In this document: positions 26,401 through 39,989 of the stretch, piece by piece
Layout: each line of letters starts with the position of its first letter
How positions within the stretch are numbered: the first letter of the stretch is position 1
Source: Balanoglossus misakiensis
Lineage: Eukaryota > Animalia > Hemichordata
Length of the DNA stretch: 64,000 nt
Direction of reading: 5' to 3'
NCBI GenBank assembly: GCA_040954595.2
Contig: CM082594.2
Span: 1,444,247 to 1,508,246 of the forward strand
Notes under the pieces: generated by a model
What the model was told of the DNA's origin: nothing
What the model saw: only the letters and a program-made list of their open reading frames with translations
Databases searched by the model: none
Position numbers and translations under genes: made by a program

Positions 26401-29400
26401 CAGGCCAGAGCTAGTGGCCAGTGTCGTGCCCATTAATTTTGAGTGTTTGGTGGGGTCAACCTATGCGTCAGCATTGATTAACCAGGCCATGCAGAGCTAG
26501 TGGCCAGTGTTGTGCCCATTAATTTTGAGTGTTTGGTGGGGTCAACCTTTGCGTCAGCATTGATTAACCAGGCCAGAGCTAGTGGCCAGTGTCGTGCCCA
26601 TTAATTTTGAGTGTTTGGTGGGGTCAACCTTTGCGTCAGCATTGATTAACCAGGCCAGAGCTAGTGGCCAGTGTCGTGCCCATTAATTTTGAGTGTTTGG
26701 TGGGGTCAACCTTTGCGTCAGCATTGATTAACCAGGCCAGAGCTAGTGGCCAGTGTCGTGCCCATTAATTTTGAGTGTTTGGTGGGGTCAACCTTTGCGT
26801 CAGCATTGATTAACCAGGCCATGCAGAGCTAGTGGCCAGTGTCGTGCCCATCAATTTTGAGTGTTTGGTGGGGTCAACCTTTGCGTCAACATTGATTAAC
26901 CAGGCCATGCAGAGCTAGTGGCCAGTGTCGTGCCCATCAATTTTGAGTGTTTGGTGGGGTCAACCTTTGCGTCAACATTGATTAACCAGGCCATGCAGAG
27001 CTAGTGGCCAGTGTCGTGCCCATCAATTTTGAGTGTTTGGTGGGGTCAACCTTTGCGTCAACATTGATTAAGCAGGCCATGCAGAGCTAGTGGCCAGTGT
27101 CGTGCCCATCAATTTTGAGTGTTTGGTGGGGTCAACCTTTGCGTCAACATTGATTAAGCAGGCCATGCAGAGCTAGTGGCCAGTGTCGTGCCCATCAATT
27201 TTGAGTGTTTGGTGGGGTCAACCTTTGCGTCAACATTGATTAAGCAGGCCATGCAGAGCTAGTGGCCAGTGTCGTGCCCATCAATTTTGAGTGTTTGGTG
27301 GGGTCAACCTTTGCGTCAACATTGATTAACCAGGCCATGCAGAGCTAGTGGCCAGTGTCGTGCCCATCAATTTTGAGTGTTTGGTGGGGTCAACCTTTGC
27401 GTCAACATTGATTAACCAGGCCATGCAGAGCTAGTGGCCAGTGTCGTGCCCATCAATTTTGAGTGTTTGGTGGGGTCAACCTTTGCGTCAACATTGATTA
27501 ACCAGGCCATGCAGAGCTAGTGGCCAGTGTCGTGCCCATCAATTTTGAGTGTTTGGTGGGGTCAACCTTTGCGTCAACATTGATTAACCAGGCCATGCAG
27601 AGCTAGTGGCCAGTGTCGTGCCCATCAATTTTGAGTGTTTGGTGGGGTCAACCTTTGCGTCAGCATTGATTAACCAGGCCATGCAGAGCTAGTGGCCAGT
27701 GTCGTGCCCATCAATTTTGAGTGTTTGGTGGGGTCAACCTATGCGTCAGCATTGATTAACCAGGCCATGCAGAGCTAGTGGCCAGTGTCGTGCCCATCAA
27801 TTTTGAGTGTTTGGTGGGGTCAACCTTTGCGTCAGCATTGATTAACCACGCCATGCAGAGCTAGTGGCCAGTGTCGTGCCCATTAATTTTGAGTGTTTGG
27901 TGGGGTCAACCTTTGCGTCAGCATTGATTAACCAGGCTATGCAGAGCTAGTGGCCAGTGTCGTGCCCATTAATTTTGAGTGTTTGGTGGGGTCAACCTTT
28001 GCGTCAACATTGATTAACCAGGCCATGCAGAGCTAGTGGCCAGTGTCGTGCCCATTAATTTTGAGTGTTTGGTGGGGTCAACGTTTGCGTCAACATTGAT
28101 TAACCAGGCCATGCAGAGCTAGTGGCCAGTGTCGTGCCCATTAATTTTGAGTGTTTGGTGGGGTCAACGTTTGCGTCAACATTGATTAACCAGGCCATGC
28201 AGAGCTAGTGGCCAGTGTCGTGCCCATTAATTTTGAGTGTTTGGTGGGGTCAACCTTTGCGTCAACATTGATTAACCAGGCCATGCAGAGCTAGTGGCCA
28301 GTGTCGTGCCCATTCATTTTGAGTGTTTGGTGGGGTCAACCTTTGCGTCAACATTAATTAACCAGGCCAGAGCTAGTGGCCAGTGTCGTGCCCATTAATT
28401 TTGAGTGTTTGGTGGGGTCAACCTTTGCGTCAACATTGATTAACCAGGCCATGCAGAGCTAGTGGCCAGTGTCGTGCCCATTAATTTTGAGTGTTTGGTG
28501 GGGTCAACCTATGCGTCAGCATTGATTAACCAGGCCATGCAGAGCTAGTGGCCAGTGTCGTGCCCATCAATTTTGAGTGTTTGGTGGGGTCAACCTTTGC
28601 GTCAGCATTGATTAACCAGGCCAGAGCTAGTGGCCAGTGTCGTGCCCATTAATTTTGAGTGTTTGGTGGGGTCAACCTTGCGTCAGCATTGATTAACCAG
28701 GCCAGAGCTAGTGGCCAGTGTCGTGCCCATTAATTTTGAGTGTTTGGTGGGGTCAACCTTTGCGTCAGCATTGATTAACCACGCCAGAGCTAGTGGCCAG
28801 TGTCGTGCCCATTCATTTTGAGTGTTTGGTGGGGTCAACCTTTGCGTCAACATTGATTAACCAGGCCATGCAGAGCTAGTGGCCAGTGTCGTGCCCATTC
28901 ATTTTGAGTGTTTGGTGGGGTCAACCTTTGCGTCAACATTGATTAACCAGGCCAAAGCTAGTGGCCAGTGTCGTGCCCATTAATTTTGAGTGTTTGGTGG
29001 GGTCAACCTTTGCGTCAACATTGATTAACCAGGCCATGCAGAGCTAGTGGCCAGTGTCGTGCCCATTAATTTTGAGTGTTTGGTGGGGTCAACCTATGCG
29101 TCAGCATTGATTAACCAGGCCATGCAGAGCTAGTGGCCAGTGTTGTGCCCATTAATTTTGAGTGTTTGGTGGGGTCTACCTTTGCGTCAGCATTGATTAA
29201 CCAGGCCAGAGCTAGTGGCCAGTGTCGTGCCCATTAATTTTGAGTGTTTGGTGGGGTCAACCTTTGCGTCAGCATTGATTAACCAGGCCAGAGCTAGTGG
29301 CCAGTGTCGTGCCCATTAATTTTGAGTGTTTGGTGGGGTCAACCTTTGCATCAGCATTGATTAACCAGGCCAGAGCTAGTGGCCAGTGTCGTGCCCATTA

Positions 29401-30250
29401 ATTTTGAGTGTTTGGTCGGGTCAACCTTTGCGTCAACATTGATTAACCAGGCCATGCAGAGCTAGTGGCCAGTGTCGTGCCCATTCATTTTGAGTGTTTG
29501 GTGGGGTCAACCTTTGCGTCAACATTGATTAACCAGGCCAGAGCTAGTGGCCAGTGTCGTGCCCATTAATTTTGAGTGTTTGGTGGGGTCAACCTATGCG
29601 TCAGCATTGATTAACCAGGCCATGCAGAGCTAGTGGCCAGTGTTGTGCCCATTAATTTTGAGTGTTTGGTGGGGTCAACCTTTGCGTCAGCATTGATTAA
29701 CCAGGCCAGAGCTAGTGGCCAGTGTCGTGCCCATTAATTTTGAGTGTTTGGTGGGGTCAACCTTTGCGTCAGCATTGATTAACCAGGCCAGAGCTAGTGG
29801 CCAGTGTCGTGCCCATTAATTTTGAGTGTTTGGTGGGGTCAACCTTTGCGTCAGCATTGATTAACCAGGCCAGAGCTAGTGGCCAGTGTCGTGCCCATTA
29901 ATTTTGAGTGTTTGGTGGGGTCAACCTTTGCGTCAGCATTGATTAACCAGGCCAGAGCTAGTGGCCAGTGTCGTGCCCATTAATTTTGAGTGTTTGGTGG
30001 GGTCAACCTTTGCGTCAGCATTGATTAACCAGGCCAGAGTGGCCAGTGTCGTGCCCATTAATTTTGAGTGTTTGGTGGGGTCAACCTTTGCGTCAACATT
30101 AATTAACCAGGCCAGAGTGGCCAGTGTCGTGCTCATTAATTTTGAGTGTTTGGTGTGGTCAACCTTTGCGTCAACATTAACCTGGCCAGACAGTAACCAG
30201 GCCAGAGTGGACAGTATCCTGCCTATTAATTTTGAGTGATTTGTGGGTCA
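11402..30250. repeat. ~18.8-kb tandem satellite array; monomer 86 bp (with TGCA) or 82 bp, 78 bp at the right edge; roughly 220 copies
   Basis: Consensus gagctagtggccagtgtcgtgcccatcaattttgagtgtttggtggggtcaacctttgcgtcaacattgattaaccaggcca(tgca), head-to-tail with very few substitutions and no spacers; copy number estimated as length divided by monomer. Confidence 0.98.
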
Positions 30251-30663
30251 ATTTGATCAAATACTGCCTATTGCTGGCGCTGCATATTTGAAGAAATGTG
30301 AAAAGATGGCAAGACAGGTTTGGTAAGTGTGGGCCCCCTAACTGAAGCAAAAGCACTAACTGAAAACAAAGATATGAATTTGGAATAGTTTTATTTATTA
30401 CATATGAAAAATAATGAAGACTTATGCTTCAAAGTAAGTATCGACGGAGTCGAACCGCCAATGCTGCAATGGCATTATACCCATAATACTTTTTTGCTTT
30501 TTGCATGAATTTCATTATTTTTCATATGCTGTGCAGCTAAAGTGTGGCTAGATGGCTAACTGCTGATGTAAAATATCTTGCATACCAATTTGGAACAATT
30601 ACCCCAAGTATAGTGGTCAAACAGAAACAATGCTTGCATTCAATTTGAAACAAGGTGACAAAA

Positions 30664-30770
30664 GTGGTCGAAATGAAACAATGAGCAAAAACAGTGTTTA
30701 TCAAACTGAAATAATGTGGTCGAAATGAAACAATGAGCAAAAACATTGTTTATCAAACTGAAAAAATGTG
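30664..30770. repeat. 52-bp tandem duplication
   Basis: gtggtcgaaatgaaacaatgagcaaaaaca.tgtttatcaaactgaaa at 30664 and 30716. Confidence 0.85.
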
Positions 30771-31195
30771 CCAAAATAGCTCCTGTTGATATTGCACAAA
30801 ATTAACTGTTGCATTCTACCCTTGAGTTAATTTTTATTTCCAGGCAATTATGTGCTTAATACTAAATATTTTCTATGGGTAAAAACCATCAGTTTCTTAA
30901 GTGCAAATCGCAAGAAGCTCCCCCATACAATTTTAGTGTTTTTTTACATCAAGCAAGATAATTACATTCTGTGTGATAAACTAACTAACTTTACGCGCCT
31001 GGGGACAGTTAAAAACCTCGAGCCAAATATAAAATGAGGAAAAACTGCCCCCTCCCCCGTTGTGAATTTTAAAAGGTTGGGGCTCAAACTAACCAGAATT
31101 GTCTTGCCGACTCCTATTTTTCTGTGTACATTTTGATGTATTGTTGTTGCGTGAGATTGAGGATTCGTGTTGATGCGGGAATTACGATGACGAAA

Positions 31196-31395
31196 GCAAA
31201 AAATCCATCGGCGAATCAAACGGGCACACAGCGAAATTCCATTACACGACGAGCGAACTGCGATGAAGAACGCGAACGCGGGTAATGTTGTAAAAAATTC
31301 ATCGGCGAATTAAACGGGCACACGGCGAAATTCCATTACACGACGAGCGACCTGCAATGAAGAACGCCAACGCGGGTAACGCTGCAAAAAATCCG
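31196..31395. repeat. ~94-bp CpG-rich tandem duplication
   Basis: catcggcgaat.aaacgggcacac.gcgaaattccattacacgacgagcga at 31206 and 31300. Confidence 0.85.
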
Positions 31396-31811
31396 CAGAC
31401 AATTATTACACGAATGCATAGCAACAATTTTACCCAACCTGACCCTAATAAATTATCCAATGATTTTAAGTTTCTTATTATTACACCCCAACTAATCATC
31501 ATACCTTTGTAATATTAACACCATTTATACACATCCCATAATGTTTATACCATCAAGTTAATACCATTTTATTATTATTATACCACCAAAACCTTGTGTT
31601 ACCCATTTTTTATTATTACACCATTGATGTTTACACCCTTACATATTATACCGGTATTTACCCTCTGTACATGTACAGTTTTTATTTACCACGTGGCATT
31701 ACTCATGTTTTTATAGTATTTTAATTACTTATCATACCCTTGAAACCATAATATTATACCCTTGCAGACAGTTTTGTTATAGTACCCTTGTGCACACTGT
31801 TTTATTAGTCA

Positions 31812-31990
31812 TCATACACCAACCCTTCACCATTCCATTAGATTATACCATTTTTATTAGCCTAACCTATTCATACACCAACCCTTCACCATTCCGTTAG
31901 ATTATACCATTTTTTATTACCCTAACATATTCATACACCAACCCTTTACCATTCCCTCATATTAAACCATTTTTATTAGCCTAACCTATT
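31812..31990. repeat. 59/60-bp tandem repeat, 3 copies
   Basis: tcatacaccaaccct.caccattcc...ccatttttattagcctaacctat at 31812, 31871 and 31931. Confidence 0.85.
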
Positions 31991-32172
31991 GACAGCATCC
32001 CTCTGGTTTTGATATTGTTATCTGGTGCGGCGTTGTTGTAGATATTGATTAGACTCCCTCCGGCGATGATAATACCAATGAACCTATTGAAAAAAAAGAA
32101 TGAATATTATTAATTAGATCAGATCAACAAATCATGGCGTCGTTCATCCCTCTGGTCACAGAAGCATCATCT

Positions 32173-32552
32173 GGCGTCGTTACAAGTATTAAGTTCATCC
32201 CTCCAGTACAGTATTAGGTGGCGGCGTCGTTACAAGTTTAAGTTCCTCCCTCCAGTACAGTATTAGGTGGCGGCGTCGTTACAAGTATTAAGTTCCTCCC
32301 TCCAGTACAGTATTAGGTGGCGGCGTCGTTACAAGTTTAAGTTCCTCCCTCCAGTACAGTATTAGGTGGCGGCGTCGTTACAAGTATTAAGTTCCTCCCT
32401 CCAGTACAGTATTAGATGGCGGCGTCGTTACAAGTATTAAGTTCATCCCTCCAGTACAGTATTAGGTGGTGGCGTCGTTACAAGTATTAACTTCATCCCT
32501 CCAGTACAGTATTAGGTGGCGGCGTCGTTACAAATATTACACTCCCTCCAGC
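32173..32552. repeat. 49/50-bp minisatellite, ~7.5 copies
   Basis: Unit ggcgtcgttacaagtattaagttc(a/c)tccctccagtacagtattaggtggc. Confidence 0.92.
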
Positions 32553-32799
32553 AGCAGTGTTACCAAAGAACCTAATGTAAAAAAAGAATGAAATTATTTT
32601 TTTAATCTGATTAGATCAAGTCATCATCATTGATAAAGAAAACGATAAGAAGAAATCATTTAAAAATTAACGCTGCCAGCACTATTGGTGGGGCCCAAAC
32701 GGTTCCCATGGTTACCAGGGTATGCCAAGGCTGTATTCTGCTGTGAATACCAAGATATATGAAAGCTGGTCAAAGGTTACCCCGGGGTCATTGATAATC

Positions 32800-32849
32800 A
32801 CAAAAAATAGCGTCAAGGACACTGTGGTCTCATTTAGTGATTATACTAG
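32800..32849 (-). mobile_element. Candidate Helitron 5' terminus
   Basis: Minus strand reads TCTAGTATAATCACTAAATGAG, resembling TC+TATA-like Helitron 5' ends; sharp junction to a different repeat family at 32850; no 3' end found. Confidence 0.35.
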
Positions 32850-33318
32850 AAAATGTCTACACAGGAGTACAGACAGACAGACACACACATAGAGAGGCAA
32901 TAAAATATGATGCCCCCCCCCCAGCCCCGAAAACATCTTGATCTTATGTATGCTGGCCTGGTACAATAGACAAACCAGCCAATTAATGAAAATTTTGTAC
33001 AAATACAGAGCTCAGAGTTGCATTTTAGTGAGCCCAAAAGCAAATTAACTCAATGTTACGACAAATTTTACTTTTGCCACTCAAAGTTTGCATCGGTGGG
33101 GTGGGATGGCAAGTACTCTGCCCTGATACAATAGACAAACCAGCCAATAAATGAAATGAGGTGAAGAATGAAGGTGAAGAATGAATAACTTTATTTGATT
33201 CCATTATCTAAACAAACACATCCAACTAACTTTCTACTCAAATTTCAAAGTAATCAGTCATAGGTTTTGTAAATCATCATGAGAAAACACCCTGAAACCT
33301 TCAAATCAAAAATCATAT

Positions 33319-33568
33319 AAGCCTAGTCGGGCTCTGCGCTCCAGCTCAAGGAACCAGTTGTGTGTACCAAAGTACAGACTCAAAACAATTCTCTGCCATC
33401 TGACATTCAACAGGCTTCTAGTCTCAACATTTTCAAACAAAAACTCAAGACATTTCTATTTGTCAAAGCCTACGAACACTGATGTTATACTTTCAGCGCC
33501 TTTGGAAATAACATTCTTATTGATTCTGGCGCTTTATAAATGTTTGTTTTGATTTGATTTGATTTGAT
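33319..33568 (+). mobile_element. L2-like LINE 3' end with a (TTTGA)n tail
   Basis: KPSRALRSS..QLCVPKYRLKT / LPSDIQQASSLNIFKQKLKTFLFVKAY; agcgcc...ggcgct stem and tttgatttgatttgat tail. Confidence 0.85.
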
Positions 33569-34317
33569 CCCTCAAAAATATTCTATTCAATTCATCAAGT
33601 TGATTTGAAAAAGATACATGCAAATCTTACTTGAGCTACCCCTAACATGACTAACAAATTTTAAACCAATGGAACAAGCTGTTTTAGAGAAAAAAAATTA
33701 ATTAAACAAGGCTGAAATTGCTCCAAAATTATCATTATGCAAATTTTGCAACATTTCAACAAAAGTCTTGTAACTCATATCACCTATATGAAGCTTCATA
33801 CTAAAATTTCAAAGAAGTTGACTCATCAATTCTAGAAAGGTAGATTTTTTAGCACAAATGAGGAAAAAGGCAAAAAATGCATAAAATAGAACATTCAAAC
33901 TATTAGTTCAAAAAATACAGGATTGTATGTGGTTGACATAAGGTACTTGCATACCAATTGTCAAATCAATCTGTAAATTATCATGAGAACAAACCCTGAA
34001 ACCTTTAAATCAAATTTTAAAGCAGTGGGGGTAGAGGGGGAACAGTACGATATTTTACCCACAATTCTCCATGATTTGTATCATCGAGATTGTCCATTTA
34101 ATTACTTTCTGTTTTAGATACTAAGAATGATATGAAGTACATATAACTGTATTAAGATTTATCTAGAAAAATTATGTTGAGGAATTAGAGTGAAAATTTC
34201 AAAATCAAAATTTAAAAGCCATAGAAATCAAAGTATTCATTCATGTACGTCAAATGTCACACTTAAGAGGAAAGAAGCAATGACTAACTGAGGTGGCCAG
34301 TCTCTGTTGAAAGTTAA

Positions 34318-34822
34318 AGGCACGTAAGCTGTAACTTTTGGGATAATTTTCATAATTTTTGTTTCATACTGCACTACCATTAGTCCATGCAGATGAAGGC
34401 AGTGAACTATACACAAGCATTATAAACCTTAAATATGAGTGCGTATGCAAGTTTTAACCAGATAAATAATAAAGCTTTGCCGCAAGCGATTATGGCCGCC
34501 ACCGTGGGAAAATGCAAGAAACAATGAAAATGTTGCATTTCCGGTTATGAAACTTCATAAACAAAACATGATCTCATCCACTTGAGCTCATGGAAGTAAA
34601 TGTACACCACTGAGACATCAGATTTTCATTTTTCATTGCAATATTGCACTTTTTTTAAAATTGCAGGAATTTTCGTTTTTCTGTAATTTTTGGCCATTTT
34701 GTCATAAATAAGTGTTGAGCTTGATATATTATCATGAAATATTATTGAATAGACATGATTAAAAGCATATATGAGATTATTTAAAACTTTAATTTTTTTA
34801 TCCAGTTGCAGCTTACGTGCCT
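34318..34822. mobile_element. TTAA-flanked MITE (Kolobok-type)
   Basis: ttaa|aggcacgtaagctgtaact ... agttgcagcttacgtgcct|ttaa. Confidence 0.85.
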
Positions 34823-37693
34823 TTAACATGTAAATTTCCATTGTTCTGTCAATAGAAAAAAATCAATATCTTTTTGTTTGATTAAACAAGTGTTTCAAGT
34901 GTCCCTGTTTTACTTCAAACTTTTTTGTATCGGCTGGCTATGCAATTGCTTATTTTATAAAATTTGTATCTCCTCTTTCAATAATGCATGATTTTGTTTA
35001 TCATTTGAAATGGTAATTGACAATAAGATTCGCCTTTAAAGCATGCTCTCAAAATTTGTATTAGTGGTCTACAATTTTCTCTACACATGTGAACTTTGCC
35101 TGGTTTGACCGAGTAATCTCTGGTTGTACAAATCAGAATGATTCATGGGATATTTCACGTACTGTGGGGGGTTCTGAGAAGAGTTTTCACCAAAAATGGC
35201 AAAAATCATCCCAAAAATATACTATTCAATTCATCAAGTTGATTTGAAAAAACATACGTGCAAATCTTACTTGGGCTACCCCTAATATGACTAACAAATT
35301 TCAAAGCAATGTAACAAGCGGTTTTAGAAAAAAAAATTCAAAAAGGGCCGAAATTGCTCCAAAATTATGAATATGCAAATTTCCTACATTTTAACAAAAG
35401 TATGGTAACTCATATCACCTATATGAAGCTTCATACTAAATTTCAAAGAAGTCGTCTCATCAATTCTAGAAAAGTAGATTTTTTACCAAAAATGAAGAAA
35501 AAGGCAAAAAATGCTTAAAAATAGAACATTCAAACTATTCAAAATACAGGACTGTATGTGGTTGACATAAGGTACTTGCATACCAATTGTCAAATTAATC
35601 TGACAAGTGGTTGTCGAGTTTCTGAGTTTTGACCAATTTCAAATTTTCCCAGCTAATTTGCATTAATTTAAAAATTTCAATTGAATATGGCTGCCAGGTC
35701 AAATGACTGATTTGAATTTCAAGGTGCACACTCATTGGCAAGGACAACTGTGACAAATTCAAGAAGCATAGGTGTGGCAGGTTTTCAGAGCAAGGTGTAC
35801 AAAATATCCAGGGAATGGGGCCCAAGCTCCTAAAAACCCAGCACAATACCAATAGGGACTCATATTACTAACAAAGTGTAAGCCTGTAAGAAGTCAAAAG
35901 CTGCACATCTTTTTACCACCTCGTGTCAGTACTAAGCAATAAGACTTTTTATAGAGTTGTTTAATTGTCTCTGCAGATGCCAGAGATTGAAAAAGAATCC
36001 TACAAGTTAAGATTTTAAGAAACAATGATAGCTATTTCTATTACTGTTTGTAAACAAAAATGTGATGTTCACCACCTTGTTTTCAGAAAAGTATTTACAT
36101 AAATGTTTGTCCATAGAGTTAACACAGACATTGGCAGCCATCTTGAATTTCAAAAACTGCAACAATATCTCCAATGCAACAAATCTGCAAATTGTACTAT
36201 TTGACACCTGACTTAGGTCAAGGGGTTTCAGAGAAGATGACTACTATTCAGACTTGGACAAAATAATAATGCAATATTCAGCAGAATTTCAAAAGCATTG
36301 ACTATGATCACCAAGGGACAATTCATACCAATCATCAAATCAATTAGACGTACCTATTTTAAAGATCATTATGAAAACTTTACAGATTCGGTTATAATGT
36401 AAATAAAATTAGATCACCCCTGTGGACATGGCAATCAGACATGCATATTCTGACAAGATTTTTTGTTTGTATAAAAAGGCAACTGTCTCCAAAATACAAA
36501 ATTACAGATTATGTCACATACCTCAGGGAGATCCATACTAAATTTCAGAGAAAATTTCCCCCCAAATATGCAAATTTCACCATATTTTGAAGAAACAACT
36601 TGTGTCATACCTAGAAACCTGCAAAGTCAAAGTAATCTACGAGCTTAGCTTTTTTCTTCCAAAAACAGCAAAAAACTTGTTCCAAACTACAAATATGCAG
36701 AATTCAACACAATTTGAACACGCAGTACTTCGCTACCCCAAGAAACCTGCACACCAAATTTGAAAGCACTTGCACCAGTGATTTCAGAAAAGAAAAGTGT
36801 TGACAGACATAGGATGACTGAACATCTATCTACCTGTCTGATAACTTTTGCAGTGCTGAGAGCAGAGCTAGAGATTGGTGTTGTCTTTTTACATTTTAAA
36901 TCATCACACTTTGCTACTCAAAGCTACTATTCTGCTATGCTTGAGAACTGACTTGGGACAATTTTTGGCAAACAATAGTCACTAATCTTCCTCAGTTTAT
37001 AGTACAGTGTACCTACACTGTTTTAGTAATGTACTGATAATGTTGACTATTTCTTGTGTCTGCTAAATATTTGTTCAAAAGTGGCAAAAACACATACATG
37101 TAAATATAACCAAAATTGTTCAAAATCTTAACTTCAATCACCACAAGGAACATGCCTGCCAAAATGCGAATCAATCAAAGCAATCTGACAAGCGGTCTCA
37201 GAGGGAAAAAATGACAAAAAAATTATTATCAAAATTATAAATATGCAATTTTTGCAACAATCTGAACAAAACCATGGTTACTCAGACAACCTATAAGAAG
37301 CTTCATACTAAATTTCAAAGAAGTAGGCCGATCACTTTCAGAAATGAAGATTTTTTACCAATAATGTTGAAAAATACAAACAAATGCATCAAAAATAGAA
37401 AGTCAATATTAGCTCAAAACATACAGGACTGTATGAGGTAGACATAAGGTACTTGCATACCAATTTCCAAATCAATCTGACCAGCAGTTGTTGACTTTTG
37501 CGAGTTTTGACCAATTTCACATTTTTCCAGCTAATTTGCATATTTTGGTAATGACAACTTCATGTTAACAAACTCCAATCTACAGCCCAGCCTGCATCTG
37601 CACACCAAATATCGAGGTGATACGCACAACGGTTTGCAAGTTTTTGATGTGGACGGACATACAGACATACATCCATACAAACAGACAGACATA

Positions 37694-37889
37694 CTGTAAA
37701 ACACTTTATTTTCGCGAGCAATTAATTTTCGCCAAATACGCAAGAGCCAAAATAACGTTAAAATAAAAAGTCGCGTAAATGTTTTTGAAGATAACGATGC
37801 AGTGAATTAAATAAGAGACGCGAAAATTAATACTCGCGAAACAATGGCCTCTCTCGATATCGCAAAAAATTTAACTCGTGAAAATACAG
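37694..37889. mobile_element. TA-flanked MITE (Tc1/mariner-type) inserted in an (ACAT)n tract
   Basis: ta|ctgtaaaac...aaaatacag|ta with internal tcgcga/cgcgaaaa motifs. Confidence 0.7.
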
Positions 37890-39989
37890 TACATCCATAC
37901 ATAAATACAGACGCAACTGATTCCATAAGGCCCATGGTACATACAAAATGGGACCTAAAAACTGCAGAAGCTACACAAAACATTAATACTGAAAACATGG
38001 CAAACAGTTGTTGCTAACAGGGTTTTAAATCTCCCTCATAGATATTTTTGAACTCCCAATTTATGATTATTGACTGTTTGATTGATTAGTTGTTGCACAA
38101 ATGATAGTATTATCAAAGTAAATAATATCTGTGAGAAATTTCTTTTCATATTTATTTGAATATGGATAGGGCAAGATGGGGGTTAAACAAAACTACATTT
38201 GTTCAAAAGTAGCAAAAACACAAATATGCAAAAATCACTATAATTGTACACCATCTTACTTCAATCACTACAAGGAACATTCCTGCCAAAGTTCAAAGCA
38301 ATCTGACAAGCGCTTCCAGACACAGCGAATTTGATAAACATCTACAAATATATTTTTATTTTTTAAACAAATCTTTTACAACACCTTACTTGGGTTACCC
38401 CCCTAGGAATCTGCATTCTGAGCAAAAATTACAAAATTGCTCAAAATTATAAATATACCAATTTCACAACAATTTGCAATTTGAACAAAAGCTATCGCTT
38501 TCAGAAATGAAGATTTTTTTTACCAAAAATGCAGTAAAAGACAAAACAATAAAAATAGAAAATTCATAATATTAGCTCAAAACAAAACATACAGGACTGT
38601 ATGGCGTTTACTGACATTTATAAGAATATGGACAGGGTATGATAGGAGGGGGGGGGGGAGTTATAAATTCCAAGGGGGTCATCAATTTTTTGTCATAACT
38701 TTTGGGGGCCATAGAAAAAATAACCTAAAAAGTAGGAAACCCTACGTCCCCCCAAGCTTTCATTCTGGCCAACAACTTTTTATGAAGGCTTCTGCAATTG
38801 TTAAAAACAGATTGCCTGCTATGTTAGACTATCAATCTATAGAGGGGATGAAAAATCTCCTTTTGTCAAGTGTCTGGATTTTGATAACTTCAACGGGTAA
38901 AAATATATTTGTAGATGTTTATCAAATTCGCTATGTCTGAAACAGTATGCTTGCAAATGTATTAATATAGTCAGATAACATGAATAGTGAAGATAGCAAA
39001 ACAAACAGGTTTATGCTTATAGCCATAACTTCTATTAGTGATGTACATGTTGTACGTAGCAAATAATTGTTATGATCAACTTGGTTTTTATTGCACAAGA
39101 TCTTTTTAATGCATCCATGTTTCGTTTCATTCTGGATAATAGTCTGTCTAAATAAGTTAACAGGCTTGATGAGGGTTATTTTAAACAGTGTTCTCAAAAA
39201 ACCTGCAATGTCATGCCCTATATTTATGAAGTTGCGGAGAGGTTGTATTCCTAGCAGGATGTTGAAATCATTGGAGGACAAACCTTGCCAGTACCAAAAG
39301 TTGCTGGGTGTTATAAATGTTTGAGTAACCCCCCCCCCCCCCTTCCCCAATAACACAATATATAATATCACATTTTTACAACATCTTACTCAGTTTACCC
39401 TTAGGAATATGCCTACCAAATCAATCTGGCATGCAGGTTTAAAGAAAAAAAAATGACCAAAAATGGCAAAAATTGCTCAAAATTTAAATATGCAAATGTT
39501 TCAACAATTTGAACAAAACTTTGGTTACTCAGACAACCATTAGAAGCTTCATACGAAAATTCAAAGAATGAGGCCTATAACTTTTAGAAATGATGATTTC
39601 TTTACCAATAATGTGGAAAAATACAAAAAATGCATAAAGGATTTTTGGCATAAAAAATTAAAAATCGATAATATTAGCTCAAAACATACAGGACTGTTTC
39701 GGGTAGACATAAGGTACATGCATACTGATTTTCAAATCAATGTGACCAGTGGTTGTTGAGTTTGAGTTTTGACCAATTTCACATTTTCCTAGCTAATTTG
39801 CATATTTTTGGCAATGACAGCTTCATTTGAACAAACTCCAATCTTCAGCCTGGCCTGCATCTACACACCAAATATCGAGGTCATATGCTTAGCGGTTTTC
39901 AAGTTTGTGATGTAGACGGACATACAGACATACATACATACATCCACCGATATCATAAGGTCCCATGGTAAAGCAAATGGGTCCTTACA

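Noticed and set aside
11407-30239. ORFs inside the satellite (11407, 12741, 29933, 29961; ASVVPINFECLVGST...)
   Set aside because: 82/86-bp monomers are not multiples of 3 and contain stops; short open frames arise only where indel variants or 78-bp edge units happen to keep frame
11402-30250. CRISPR-like array
   Set aside because: Monomers are contiguous and near-identical over their whole length; there are no unique spacers or cas genes, and the context is eukaryotic
38931-39371. 146-aa minus-strand ORF and overlapping plus-strand ORF
   Set aside because: No recognisable motif or splice context; starts next to a poly-C run; likely decayed TE interior
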